Positions 39,306 through 49,781 of a DNA stretch of 64,000 bases are shown here, one piece after another. Every line of letters starts with the position of its first letter. The stretch's first letter is position 1. The notes under the pieces were generated by a model. That model saw nothing but the letters and a program-made list of their open reading frames with translations, ran no database searches and was not told the origin of the DNA. The DNA comes from Massalongia carnosa (taxonomy: Eukaryota): NCBI GenBank assembly GCA_965645245.1, contig OZ287075.1:868001-932000 (forward strand), given 5' to 3'. Both the position numbers and the translations under genes were made by a program.

Positions 39306-42176
39306 TCAGTTTAAATTCTCCTCTCGGCCCTCCGGAAACAGGTCCTCTGCAGTACGATTTTTACTAGTTGAGTCAGAAGTTGCGGTGAATTTGGCAGCTC
39401 GGTTTCCCTCCTCCGCATGTATAGTACATTCCACCTCGTTATTCTGATAATCCATATCGACACGCATCTGATGAAGATAAGGTTGGCCCAACACTAATTG
39501 ATGATCCGCAGCGTCGATGACAAATATGTGATTGAGCGACACTATTCCGCCAATATTAACCTCAACGTCCTCACATACACCTAGGAATTCTTTCCGGTCT
39601 CCAGTATGAGAAATAAGATTGATATTGGGATAGGGTCGCATAGCTAGGCCTTCACGCTTGGCCACGTTGCACGTCATCACATTCACTTCAGCGCCGGAGT
39701 CTAGGAGAGACTTATACCTGTTGCCATCGCCGATCTGCACTTTGGCCTTTGGTGTTGACCTCGTGTAGGCCCTGCGAAGTCGCGGGTCCCGAATGCCAAT
39801 TGAACCAATTTTTACCGTTGGACCCTCTGCCTTTTCCGGTTCGGCATTCCGTGTCATCTTATTGACCACCGGTTTAAACGTAGGCATCATGGCCATCAGA
39901 TTTTCATAGGTCAGTCCTCCAGCACCAGGCAAAGGTATTTGCAAACAACGACTCTGTATTAGGTCCATGTTGAACTCATGTTTCGCGATCCGTAGAAACT
40001 CTTCGGTGCCCATCTGTTCTATCGCAGACCGAACCTCCTTTCGGATGGGGCCTGTCGGAACCCCGACCCCATGTTTCTTTCCTTTGCCGCCGCCGCTGCT
40101 ACTGCGGAGGCGGCTAGCTGGGCCCGCCTCCGTCATGGTCACCTCTTCTTCCAAAGGGTCGGCGAATGTAACACGAGGTTCAGTCGCATGAGATTTATCA
40201 GTTACAATTGAGCTAGGTGGCCTTGATTGGTCAGAGTTGTCACTCCGACGTTCTACCGAGGCAGGAACCGGGTTCTAACTGCCATATCTGGGTGCTTTCG
40301 GTACTGCGAACTTGTCCTCGCGTTCAGCCCTGCGTTTCAGAATTCGCTTAGCTGGCTCCCTCCAGCTCTCCTCGACAGGCTTCTGTTGTTCCGTTCTAGC
40401 TGAATTGACAGAGGTGGTGTCGATGATGGTCACCTCAGGGTCCCATTCTTCATCAGATGAATATTCGTCCGCGCTATCCTCGCCAATTCGAACTGAGTGG
40501 ACATCAGCACTTTGGTCCGCATGACTGAATTGATTGGCCAGCATTTTTGCGCGCCTAATGGACTCCTTCTGTGTCACCCCGGGCACATGCCGAATGGGAT
40601 TGGAATATGTGCCCATCGGTCCTAGACATAACAACCCTCGCTCATTCAGATGAATAACACCATTCCGCTGGTCGGCATCAAACTCCGGGCAGTTCCTCCG
40701 CCTATCATGGGTCTCCTTCTCTCCACAGTATGTGCAGGAATCCTCCCCTCCATACTGACGGTCATTCGGTTTCTGGCCATCATAAGGTGCCTGTCTACCA
40801 GGTGACTGTGAACGGTTCCGAGTCTGCTGACTGTTCTGATTGGCTGGACGGGCCTGAGTTCCCGCCATCAGGACCAGCGCATCAAACCTTTCGGTTAAAC
40901 CGGCAATAGCCTTCTCCGTGGACTTCGACAAACTAACGGTCGAACTGTCTGCAACTGGTGGGGTAAGTGAATTCATGATATTTTCATGACCATCCAGCAC
41001 TATCTTCCTACCAAATTGATCGGCTAGGGCACTATATTTGTCAGTAACACTCTTCTCAGTCCGCATCACCTCTTTATATTTGAGCCTCGCCTCCACTAGT
41101 CCCAATGTCTTCTTCACCAATCCATCAAAGTCCTTCATCACATTATCGTCAATATCAACACCTCGGCGGAAGAACAACTCCTCGCGTACGTCCTTGGGAA
41201 GGCCCTGTAGGAACCACTGATTGCGTGTATAAATATCTAGCTTTTCCTGACCAATTAGGACTTTGGATATGGCCCCGAACTTTCGGCAAAAGTTTCGCAC
41301 GTCATCTTCACTAGTACGTTCCTTGTCCTTGTATGACTCCAAAAACGCTCGAGAATTCACCTGCTGAATACTATCACCAGCCTTATACTCCTTCTTCATC
41401 ACCTTACATAGCTGAGCTCATCTTCTTTCCACAAAGTCAGGTAGTGACTCCACCGTCTGTCCAATTAGCATGTCACAATAGCGGGGTAAACTACGAATCT
41501 TTTCATTGTTCCCGACTTGGTAGTCTTCGCACATGTCTTCATACCTACTCAAGAACTCCGACACATTTTTACCTTGAAAGAATGGGGTCCCGGGAGTCCC
41601 TGGCTGAGGCATGATCATCACAAACCCGAAGGGCCCCGCAGACATAGCAGGTCTATTCCCAGAGTACTCGGGACTAGTCGTAGATGGAGTAGCCATGTCG
41701 CTGATTGTTGCACCACTAGACTGATTTTCGATTGTAGATATGGTAGCCGACGATGAACTCTCACACTCAGGTCGAGTCGGTGGGCTAGTTCGGACAGCAG
41801 TCTCAGTAGCAGGTTCAGTATGCTTGCAGGTAGTAGTAGCAAGTCGCTCAAGTATAGGTAGGAGGTGTGTAACGATTTTCGAAAGAAGAGCTGTTGTTGT
41901 TTCCTTGTCCTCTCTATTCGACTGACAACAGTAGTGATGACAGTGCGGGCTAGTAGGATGAATGTATGGTAGAGGTAGGTCCGAAGGCCTGTTATGCTGA
42001 TATGCTTTGTGCTCGACACTGTCTGAACAGGATGAATAAGGTGAAAAAGATGGATGAAATGATCTGTTGAAGATGGGCAGTGAGGCAGCTTTTATGCCTC
42101 CTCGGTGCCGTTCAGTCGCCATGGTCTCGATTCCGGATGGCCTTCGGGCAGGAATGCGGTACTTTCTGAACCCCAT
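39306..42176 (-). pseudogene. gag: G1 gag-protease with two nonsense codons
   Basis: Colinear with G2 gag; TGA at 41418-41420 and TAG at 40275-40277 where G2 has Trp; LLDSGAEVNVM protease. Confidence 0.85.
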
Positions 42177-43824
42177 GTTTCTGGTGGGTCCTTCTGTTCA
42201 CATTGTCAAATCGACGTCGTCGCTCAGTCCTCGAGGCTGCTCGCTTATTCTCACGATCTTCTCAAACAGGATTAGCTTGCCACCGAGACGGAATTCGAGC
42301 TCGCTGATTGGTTCGGGTCAAATCGGCCACCTATCTCCCGCCTATCGGAATCGTGATGTCGCTACGTTAGACTCTCGACCGTCTCCACCGTGTCGCTAGG
42401 GCTAGGAAAAATACGTCAGTTGGGCCAACTGACACGTATTATACGTCACGTGCAGACTTGGACCCTGTCTTTTTGGTATAATATTACTTAAGCATGTCAA
42501 ATTTATCCTTCTCATAGATCAATACCTGAAATTACTAGACATTTCTACCTAATTTGAGGTACCTTCCTATTATCTCTATACATACATTGATCATGTCTCG
42601 ACAATCTGGACATTCTGGCGGTCGACCGAAAAATGCATTGGTAGATGAGAATTTCGTTGATGTCATCATTGAAGGCATGAAATACCCTCAGCATCGTTGT
42701 ACGCATTGCAGATATCAGTCTGCCAAAGTTGCTACCAGGGGTCAGCAGCATTTGCAGACATGCAATGCCTTTCAAGAAGTGCAAGAAAGAAGACAGCAAG
42801 AGACGTCTTCTAGGAGCAGCAAATCTTTGATTCAATTGCCCATCACCCCTTTGATTCGTCCCTTAAATCAAGCCCAAGTTGCGCATGCTCATCGCGCTGC
42901 TGCAATGTCCGTCTTTATGACCAATCTTCCGTTTAACCACTTCGAAAATCCCTATGTGATTGCTCATCATCAAGCACTGCATCCTGGATATAAACCTCCA
43001 CATCATAAGCTCGTTGGCGGGAAATTATTGGACGACGCCTATGAGACGGTTAAACTGAAAGTAAATCAGCAGTTAGATGCCTGCAGTTATCTCAACTTCT
43101 TTACCGACGAAACGGCCAACATTAAGAAGGAACGGGTTATTAATCTCTGTTGTCATGTCCCTTCATCAGCTACCTCTCGAGGGGGGGGCTTTCATTTAAA
43201 AGCAATGGCCGGCATCGCTGAGACGATGACTGCAGCTGTTCAAGCTGAGTGGATGATAAAAGGCTGTAGAGAAGCGACCAATAATCAGCTCTGGAGAGTC
43301 AATTGTATAGGAACAGATACTTGCTCTACTATGAAGGCCATGTGGTCTGAAATTCGAAAGTTTCCTGAGATGAGACACGTCTTTTTCGTTCCTTGCGACA
43401 GTCACGGTTTACAGCTTCTTTTGGGAGACATTTTGAAGCTTCCTTTTTTTGCAGACATGCAAAAAGCTCAGTCGATAGTGATAGCTTTTCGTGGATCGAA
43501 TAAAGAATTGGCCATTCTATGGAATTTTCAGATGAAGGTAAGTAGGAATGAAATTTCAATGCGGCATCAAAACGTCATTGCTAATTTATAACTTTCAAAG
43601 GCATACAATCAACGTCAATCACTGATTCTCAACGTTTTCACCAGATGGGGTACGACTGTAGGCCTTTTGAACTCGGTGCTAAAAAGCAAGCGGGCAATTT
43701 TGGATTATTTTCAGCAAAATGCTCCGGGCATTGATCAGGGCAGAAGTCATCCTTTAGGAACATTCGTCAACGACTTCTCGTTTTGGAAAAAGCTGGCCAT
43801 CGTACAGAAAATTCTTGATCCCAT

Positions 43825-44644
43825 TGTAATAGGGTAGGCCTAGTATGCGTTCGTTGAACGTAAGACTGGCCTATGTGGCTATGTGGGATACGTACAGCCA
43901 AAACAACCACCAAGACAATAAGGTCCCGCCTAACCCAGTTAGGTATAGTGTGGGGACTTAACTTATTATGGAGGTGTTTTCGTAGTACACGAAGTATCCC
44001 CTCGCCTCGCCTCACCTCCCCTAGCTCACCTGCCTAGTCTTATCTACCCGTGTCTTTCGGTGTCCGAAGTATTTCGGAGTCCGAAAATACCAGGTAGTTG
44101 GGCAAGGTATGGAAGAAGAGCTTAGGTTATGGATTGTCCTATCCTATATAGATCAATGATCAAGCACTTTAAAAGGGTAGCATTTAGTCTACCCTTTGAC
44201 CCGACCCTACCTATTTTGTACCTCTATTGTGACCATCACGTTGTAGAGGGGTGGAGTGGAACTCCACCGGGTCGGTGGCAAGTGAGGTGATGAGTCAGGT
44301 GATTGGTCATGTGGTCGGGTGCTGGCGTCTTGGCGTTCCGGTTATATGAGTCTTTTTCTCAAACTTTCCTTCTCATCTTTCGGGATATCCATCTTCGGAT
44401 CATACTGCTATCAACACATACAGCTATCATAGACACTTTCATTCATACAGCTAGTCGGCCATTGATGGGCATGACGATTAATTCATCGATGCAGTGAGGC
44501 TCTGTTGATTCGGTCATTTGTTTGTTTGTTTCATCCTTCTATCGTTCGCCACCACCCAGTTTATCCCTTCACAACGTTGTGTAGCCCCTGTGGATCCCAT
44601 CTTCCAGTAGTGAATACCTGCTGGGAGAAGGTCTCCCCGTTTCA
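43825..44644. mobile_element. Solo LTR (~485 bp net) within the hAT transposase
   Basis: TGTAAT...GTTTCA termini; TSD CCCAT; removing it restores ILDP-IHKAQ. Confidence 0.85.
44242..44573 (+). mobile_element. Solo LTR (332 bp) of the G-related lineage, nested in the previous LTR
   Basis: TGTAGAGGGGTGGAG...CACCACCCAGTTTATCCCTTCACA resembles the reverse complement of the G and non-coding element LTR ends; 4-bp TSD ACGT. Confidence 0.8.
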
Positions 44645-45320
44645 CCCATACATAAAGCACAATACATGTCCGAGGCCGAGGGGCATAAACTGTACGCGGT
44701 GACTGCAAATTGGAACAGGCTTCGATCTCACCTATATACAATGGCCAAAGAGGATGAAGATTCTGAGATGGATTTGCATCACATTGCAGAGATAGTTTAG
44801 GAAGATCGATATCTCAGTCAAATAACTGAACTTCATGTGGTAGCAGCTCTGTTGGTTCCTCAGAATCATAACATTCAGGTGATTGGAGTATCCACGTCGC
44901 AGGCATTTTTCTCTATCATGCTGTGGAAGGATGAACTGGGTGGTGTGCGTGGTCCACTACTGCTAGGAGTGCAAGAGAACAAACAAACAAGAGAAGAACA
45001 GAACAATAGAATAAGGACAATAGCTAGACTGGTCTCTGTATGCCTCGTGCCTCGTGCCTCGTGCCTGTGAACTGTATGTGTTGATGCTATGTGTTGTAGC
45101 TATTGCTACGAGCATGCTTGCTCTATAAGGAAAAGAACTATCTATAACTAAACTAAAAGAAAGACTGTCACCTGACTTCCCCGCTACCTTTACCGAGTAT
45201 CAACCGAAAAGAACCAACTCCCGAACCGCTAGCAATTTGAATTTAGAGTATCACCGCTCCACCCCCCTACATAGTTCCCCTCTCTCTTTAGGTGTCGACC
45301 CCTGACACCTATCACTGTTC

Positions 45321-45836
45321 CTACTCCAGCGTTCGCTTCATTCCGGCCTCAGCAAACACTAACTCCTCCTCATCCAGCTCGGGTCCCGGAGTCGTATCAA
45401 TGTCATCAGAGATGTGAGGAATAGGCCTGCCATGTGACTCTCGCTTTAACCGAAAAGATGACCTAGTCCCAAAGTCCTCTTCCTCTGCTTTCTTCACATG
45501 CTGAAACATAATAATGGCCTCCTTTAATGTCCGATTCCTCCATTCTCCAACTGCCCGTGACAGTTGGACCATATCCACCTCCTCAATAACATCCTCTCGT
45601 TGAGCTTTGAACTCTTCTTCTTTCATCACCGAGGCCCAGGCATCATTCTGTATGACATAGTCATAATAGTCCACTATGCTATCCCCTAGCATATGCTGAA
45701 ACTCTATTAGCTGCGATTCTATGGTCCTCTGTCCCTCGTATCGGTCTGCTGGGGTCAATGTCTCAAGAAAAGCTAGTGCGTCTGTCATGTGGTGGAAGCG
45801 GTCATTTCCTAGGACAATGACTAATTGGAAAGACAT
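45321..45836 (-). CDS. Accessory ORF3 of G2, 171 aa (155 aa from MTDAL), unknown function
   Basis: Open frame downstream of pol in the same orientation; 4 synonymous and 1 non-synonymous difference from G1. Confidence 0.62.
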   Translation of the reverse strand: MSFQLVIVLGNDRFHHMTDALAFLETLTPADRYEGQRTIESQLIEFQHMLGDSIVDYYDYVIQNDAWASVMKEEEFKAQREDVIEEVDMVQLSRAVGEWRNRTLKEAIIMFQHVKKAEEEDFGTRSSFRLKRESHGRPIPHISDDIDTTPGPELDEEELVFAEAGMKRTLE

Positions 45837-46193
45837 GCCAAAAGATGTAAGGCAAGTAAGGTAAGATAAATTGTTCCAAGTTATCGAGTAGCTTGCTGAC
45901 TTTCGCTTAGATAAGAAGTTGAGCTTAGCAGAGATGTTTGCTGATAGGAAGATAGTATATGTGCTGATCAGGTAGGTAGTAAAAGCTAGATAATTTGCTG
46001 AGTTCTGGTAGTATGGAAAAGGTAAAACATGGAGGTGAGGATTCGGAAGATGGCAATTTCGACTAAGGTTGGTGAAGTTTTCGGTGAATTTTGGTAAGTG
46101 TGAAATGAAACTATTCCGAAGGTTCGTGTGCTTCCTCCGCTGACAATATGCATTTTACTAAGGAAATTCGTTCGATATAGGTAGTCGGATATG

Positions 46194-49100
46194 TCAATTT
46201 TCCACCGTCTCCATCGCATCAGCACGTCTGCTAGGAATCACTACTGCCATTGGCCAGCCAGGTGGAATCATGGACTGTCGGTCGTCCTCGTCCCCCCCAT
46301 GGTTTATAGTCGGCCCCTGACTATTATGTTGCTCAGGTTCTTCTATCGGAGGTAAGTTAATATTTTGCCGAGCATGAAATGGTTTCAGTCGATTTCCTGC
46401 AAAGGTTCCAGCTAATAGGGTGCCGTCTAGTTCACATAGTTTGTAAGTTCCCTTATCAACAATTGTTTGTTGAATTTTATATGGTCCTAACCACCTGAAC
46501 GTTAGTTTGCCTGTGTGCTGATTGTCTAATTTAGTGTCGTGCAAAAGAATTAATTGACCCTCGGTGAGTTCAATTGATCTCAGATTGTTCAGAGTGTCAA
46601 AGGTCTCTTTGCCTTCCATTCTTTGTCTTTGCAGGAATAAAGCTGTCTCTTCCATGTCTTCATCCCTTCGCTGTATTTGTCTCGCACGCATAGCTAGCAA
46701 TTCGTCTGTTGTATGAACTTCATTCCATGGTAATATTCTCCATGTTGGAATTTCCAGTTCAATTGGTAGAACAGCCTCATTGCCGCTATTCAGATAGAAA
46801 GGTGTGTTGCCGGTGCTAGCACGAACTGTTGTACGGTCGGCCCATATTACTGCAGGAAGATTATCAACCCATTTGCCCATGCCTCCATTTGTCATTTTGG
46901 ATAATGCTTGAACAACTGGCCGATGTCCCCGTTCTATCATGCCATTGGCTTGCGGATGATAGGCAGAAACAACTACTCTTTTGATACCATATCGATTTGC
47001 TAATTCGATAACAGCATCTTTGTTTTCTGGTCCACCATCAACAATCAGTTTTCCGAAGCACCCATGTCTGCATATAACATCTTCCCACAAGAATCTCGCG
47101 ACATTCTGAGCGGTAGCTTTTCCTAGTGCTCTACCCTCGACCCATCCGGAAAAGTCATCTCTGGCCATAACAATATAGTGCTTGCCTCGACAAGCTGGCA
47201 TGTGGACCACGTCTAAGCCAACCTTCTGCCACATGAAGGTAACCCATGTCGGATGAAGTGCTTCCTCGAGCCTAGTGGGGTCACGTTTCTGACATTCCTC
47301 GCAGGACCGAACATAGCCTTTTACATCATCGTGCAATTGTTCCCACCAGTACCTGTCTGCTATGCGTCTGTATGTGCCCTCTCTGCCTCTATGTCCACTT
47401 TCGTCATGCAGCTGTTTCAATATTTCCAACTTCCGCTCATCGGAGTCTATCACTCTCCTGGAAGGTACGTTCTTGCTGTTTCGTCTATAAAGATGGCCAT
47501 CTTGTACTCGATAGCGCAAGGCCTCGCTCTTAAACGCTCTAAACTCTTTGCGGTTTAGTCCAACCGGCTTTTGTAGTGATGTTAGAAATGCAGCGATTCT
47601 CTCGGACTTATCACTATATCCGGCCTTTAGCACTTTTTCGTCTGGCACCTCGTCTGCGGAGTTAACGGAAATTGGACAGGCCCTTAGTGAATTCAGTTCG
47701 GCATCTATGAAGTCGTCTATGTCTTGCTCCTGCTGTTCGGCCCGAATTTCTTCCTCAGTATGAGGTCGTCTAGACAGTCCATCTGCTGCCGTATGTTTTC
47801 GGCCAGCAACATGTTTGACCTCGAAGTCAAACAGTCGTATCCATGCTATCCATCGGACTATCAGAGCACCAGGCAAATCGGTACAAGCTCCATTCAATTG
47901 CGCCACTAGGACGTTGGCGTCTGTCTCCAACACAAAGTGAACTCCATATAGCCAGTGCCTTGTCTTTTTCAATGCCTTTAGAACGCCTCGACACTCTCGC
48001 TTGGTTGCATCATATCGCTGTTCCACCTCGCTCCATACTCCGCTTTCGTACCGAATGGGGTGACGCTTGCCATCAAAGATTTGCATCAGTACAGCGCCCC
48101 ATCCTTTCAAACTCGCATCCACAGCCAATATGATAAGTCCAGCTAGCTCGCTATAGTCAATGGTCTTTAGTGCTGGCGGAGATGTCAGAGCTATCTTCAG
48201 CAAGTCCATTGCCTCGGTTTGTTCCATGCCCCATACAAAAGCAGCATCTTTCTTCAGCAGACGATATATTGGTTCAGCAACAATGGCAAAGTCCAATATC
48301 CATATGCGATAGTACACACACACACCTATAAAAGCACGAGCGGAAGAAGCGTCGGTGCATATCGGCCACTCTAGAATTTTGATAACCTTAGCGGTGTCCG
48401 GATGTCTACCATCGGAGTCGGTCACAAATCCTACTATCTTCAGACCGGCCATGCAAAATTGCGACTTTTCTCCGGAGATAGTGCATCCAGCCCTTTCTAT
48501 GTCCGCGAGTACCCCATCTAGCCACATGAGATGTTCAAGCACGTACTTTCTGATGCCCGGTGCCACTTCTTCACCACCATAATCAGTCTTCGGCCCCTTC
48601 ACTCCGATGTCATCAAGGAAAGGTTTAGCACGGTTCGGAATGTGGTCCTGCAGTATCTTTGTCACTACCCGTACGAACTGTGCAACCGAATTGGTAGCTC
48701 CCATTGGTATAGATGTCATTCGCAATAGTCCTATTGGTGTCATGAAGGCGGTCATGTCTCGACTATGAACATCGAGTTCCATTTGGTCATATCCTGAAAA
48801 CAAGTCGATCAAGGAAGCGATGTGGCAGCCAGCAAAGTCCTCTGAGAATTCGTCTACCGAAGGTGGCAGATTTGCGTCTCGGATGGTCACTTTGTTCATG
48901 TCTAGGGCCGCATTAATTAATCGGTACTTATTTTTCTCTTTCTTCTTCACTATGAACCATGGATTTCGATAGGGACCATGACAAGGTTCCAACGTTCCTC
49001 GCTGCAGTCGGTCCTTCAGCATCTCTATCACCATCGGTACCAGGGCCCTTGGCAATGGGAATGATGGGGTCTGCCATGCCTCATGTGGAATAGTGTTGAT

Positions 49101-49781
49101 TTTACATGGTGGAGACACCTCAGGTTTGACTCTGCCCATCTCGGAAAACTCCCATGACAGCGCTGCTTCTCGGTTGTATAACATCTGGGTCAACACTTCT
49201 TTCTCAGCAGACGTCATACTGTCGCCCACTGTCATTCGCTGCAGCCGTTCCGGTGTCAATCGTGAGCCTTTGAATATTGTCGAGAACTTTGGAATTAGCC
49301 AATCAGGGAACTTTTCTGACTTTGGTAGGCCTCTCTCTTTCTCTAGCGCCTTCGCTTTCCAATCTGCTATTCCACCAGGTATGGTGCCATCCGACTGGTC
49401 AGAATTCACTGGTCGAACCTTGACTGCCTTCCGTTTGTATGCCGTATCAACTCTCACACTACTCCGTCGCCCGAACACCCTGTTCTGATTGATCGTGTAC
49501 ATGTCCAATTTCCGAGAAAACCTCAGAGCCGAAAGTCCGACCGAGCCAATTGCACGCGACGGTGTGAAGGCGCGAACATAGTGGTCCATCGCCGCCTCTT
49601 CCGCACTAGTCGCTGTAGGAGTTAGGGCTATTTGATTTAATAGGCCGGGCCTGTTAAATGGAATGGAAGATTTATTCTCCGATAGTCCAACCCTAAAACT
49701 CGACACTTTCGCTCTCTCCAGGTTTTTATTACTGCTACCAGCCATGGACCTGTTCTGCACATGGTGGCTAGCTAGTTTAAA
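46194..49781 (-). CDS. pol: G2 Pol (RT-RNase H-integrase), predicted to be reached by -1 frameshift
   Basis: About 1190 open codons with RT (PFLDD), RNase H and DDE integrase motifs; slippery TTTAAAC at 49781-49775. Confidence 0.93.
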   Translation of the reverse strand, partial: FKLASHHVQNRSMAGSSNKNLERAKVSSFRVGLSENKSSIPFNRPGLLNQIALTPTATSAEEAAMDHYVRAFTPSRAIGSVGLSALRFSRKLDMYTINQNRVFGRRSSVRVDTAYKRKAVKVRPVNSDQSDGTIPGGIADWKAKALEKERGLPKSEKFPDWLIPKFSTIFKGSRLTPERLQRMTVGDSMTSAEKEVLTQMLYNREAALSWEFSEMGRVKPEVSPPCKINTIPHEAWQTPSFPLPRALVPMVIEMLKDRLQRGTLEPCHGPYRNPWFIVKKKEKNKYRLINAALDMNKVTIRDANLPPSVDEFSEDFAGCHIASLIDLFSGYDQMELDVHSRDMTAFMTPIGLLRMTSIPMGATNSVAQFVRVVTKILQDHIPNRAKPFLDDIGVKGPKTDYGGEEVAPGIRKYVLEHLMWLDGVLADIERAGCTISGEKSQFCMAGLKIVGFVTDSDGRHPDTAKVIKILEWPICTDASSARAFIGVCVYYRIWILDFAIVAEPIYRLLKKDAAFVWGMEQTEAMDLLKIALTSPPALKTIDYSELAGLIILAVDASLKGWGAVLMQIFDGKRHPIRYESGVWSEVEQRYDATKRECRGVLKALKKTRHWLYGVHFVLETDANVLVAQLNGACTDLPGALIVRWIAWIRLFDFEVKHVAGRKHTAADGLSRRPHTEEEIRAEQQEQDIDDFIDAELNSLRACPISVNSADEVPDEKVLKAGYSDKSERIAAFLTSLQKPVGLNRKEFRAFKSEALRYRVQDGHLYRRNSKNVPSRRVIDSDERKLEILKQLHDESGHRGREGTYRRIADRYWWEQLHDDVKGYVRSCEECQKRDPTRLEEALHPTWVTFMWQKVGLDVVHMPACRGKHYIVMARDDFSGWVEGRALGKATAQNVARFLWEDVICRHGCFGKLIVDGGPENKDAVIELANRYGIKRVVVSAYHPQANGMIERGHRPVVQALSKMTNGGMGKWVDNLPAVIWADRTTVRASTGNTPFYLNSGNEAVLPIELEIPTWRILPWNEVHTTDELLAMRARQIQRRDEDMEETALFLQRQRMEGKETFDTLNNLRSIELTEGQLILLHDTKLDNQHTGKLTFRWLGPYKIQQTIVDKGTYKLCELDGTLLAGTFAGNRLKPFHARQNINLPPIEEPEQHNSQGPTINHGGDEDDRQSMIPPGWPMAVVIPSRRADAMETVEN

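Larger units (their letters stand above)
32300..39315 (-). pseudogene. pol: G1 pol (RT-RNase H-integrase) split by the Copia insertion
   Basis: IDLFSGYDQ, PFLDD, LAVDAS, HDESGH...CEEC and SAYHPQANGMIERG motifs; RNase H interrupted at 33957-37379. Confidence 0.9.
31024..42396 (-). mobile_element. Ty3/Gypsy copy G1 (possibly Ylt1-like), lacking its 5' LTR and interrupted by a Copia
   Basis: 3' LTR 31024-31377 with adjacent PPT; pol 39315-37385 plus 33956-32300; gag-PR 42176-39306; ends abruptly at a hAT TIR. Confidence 0.92.

Noticed and set aside
31024..45271. LTRs at 31024 and 44922 as the two ends of one element
   Set aside because: Both are 3' LTRs adjoining PPT and ORF3; the 44922 LTR pairs with 53330-53679 through TSD ATGC
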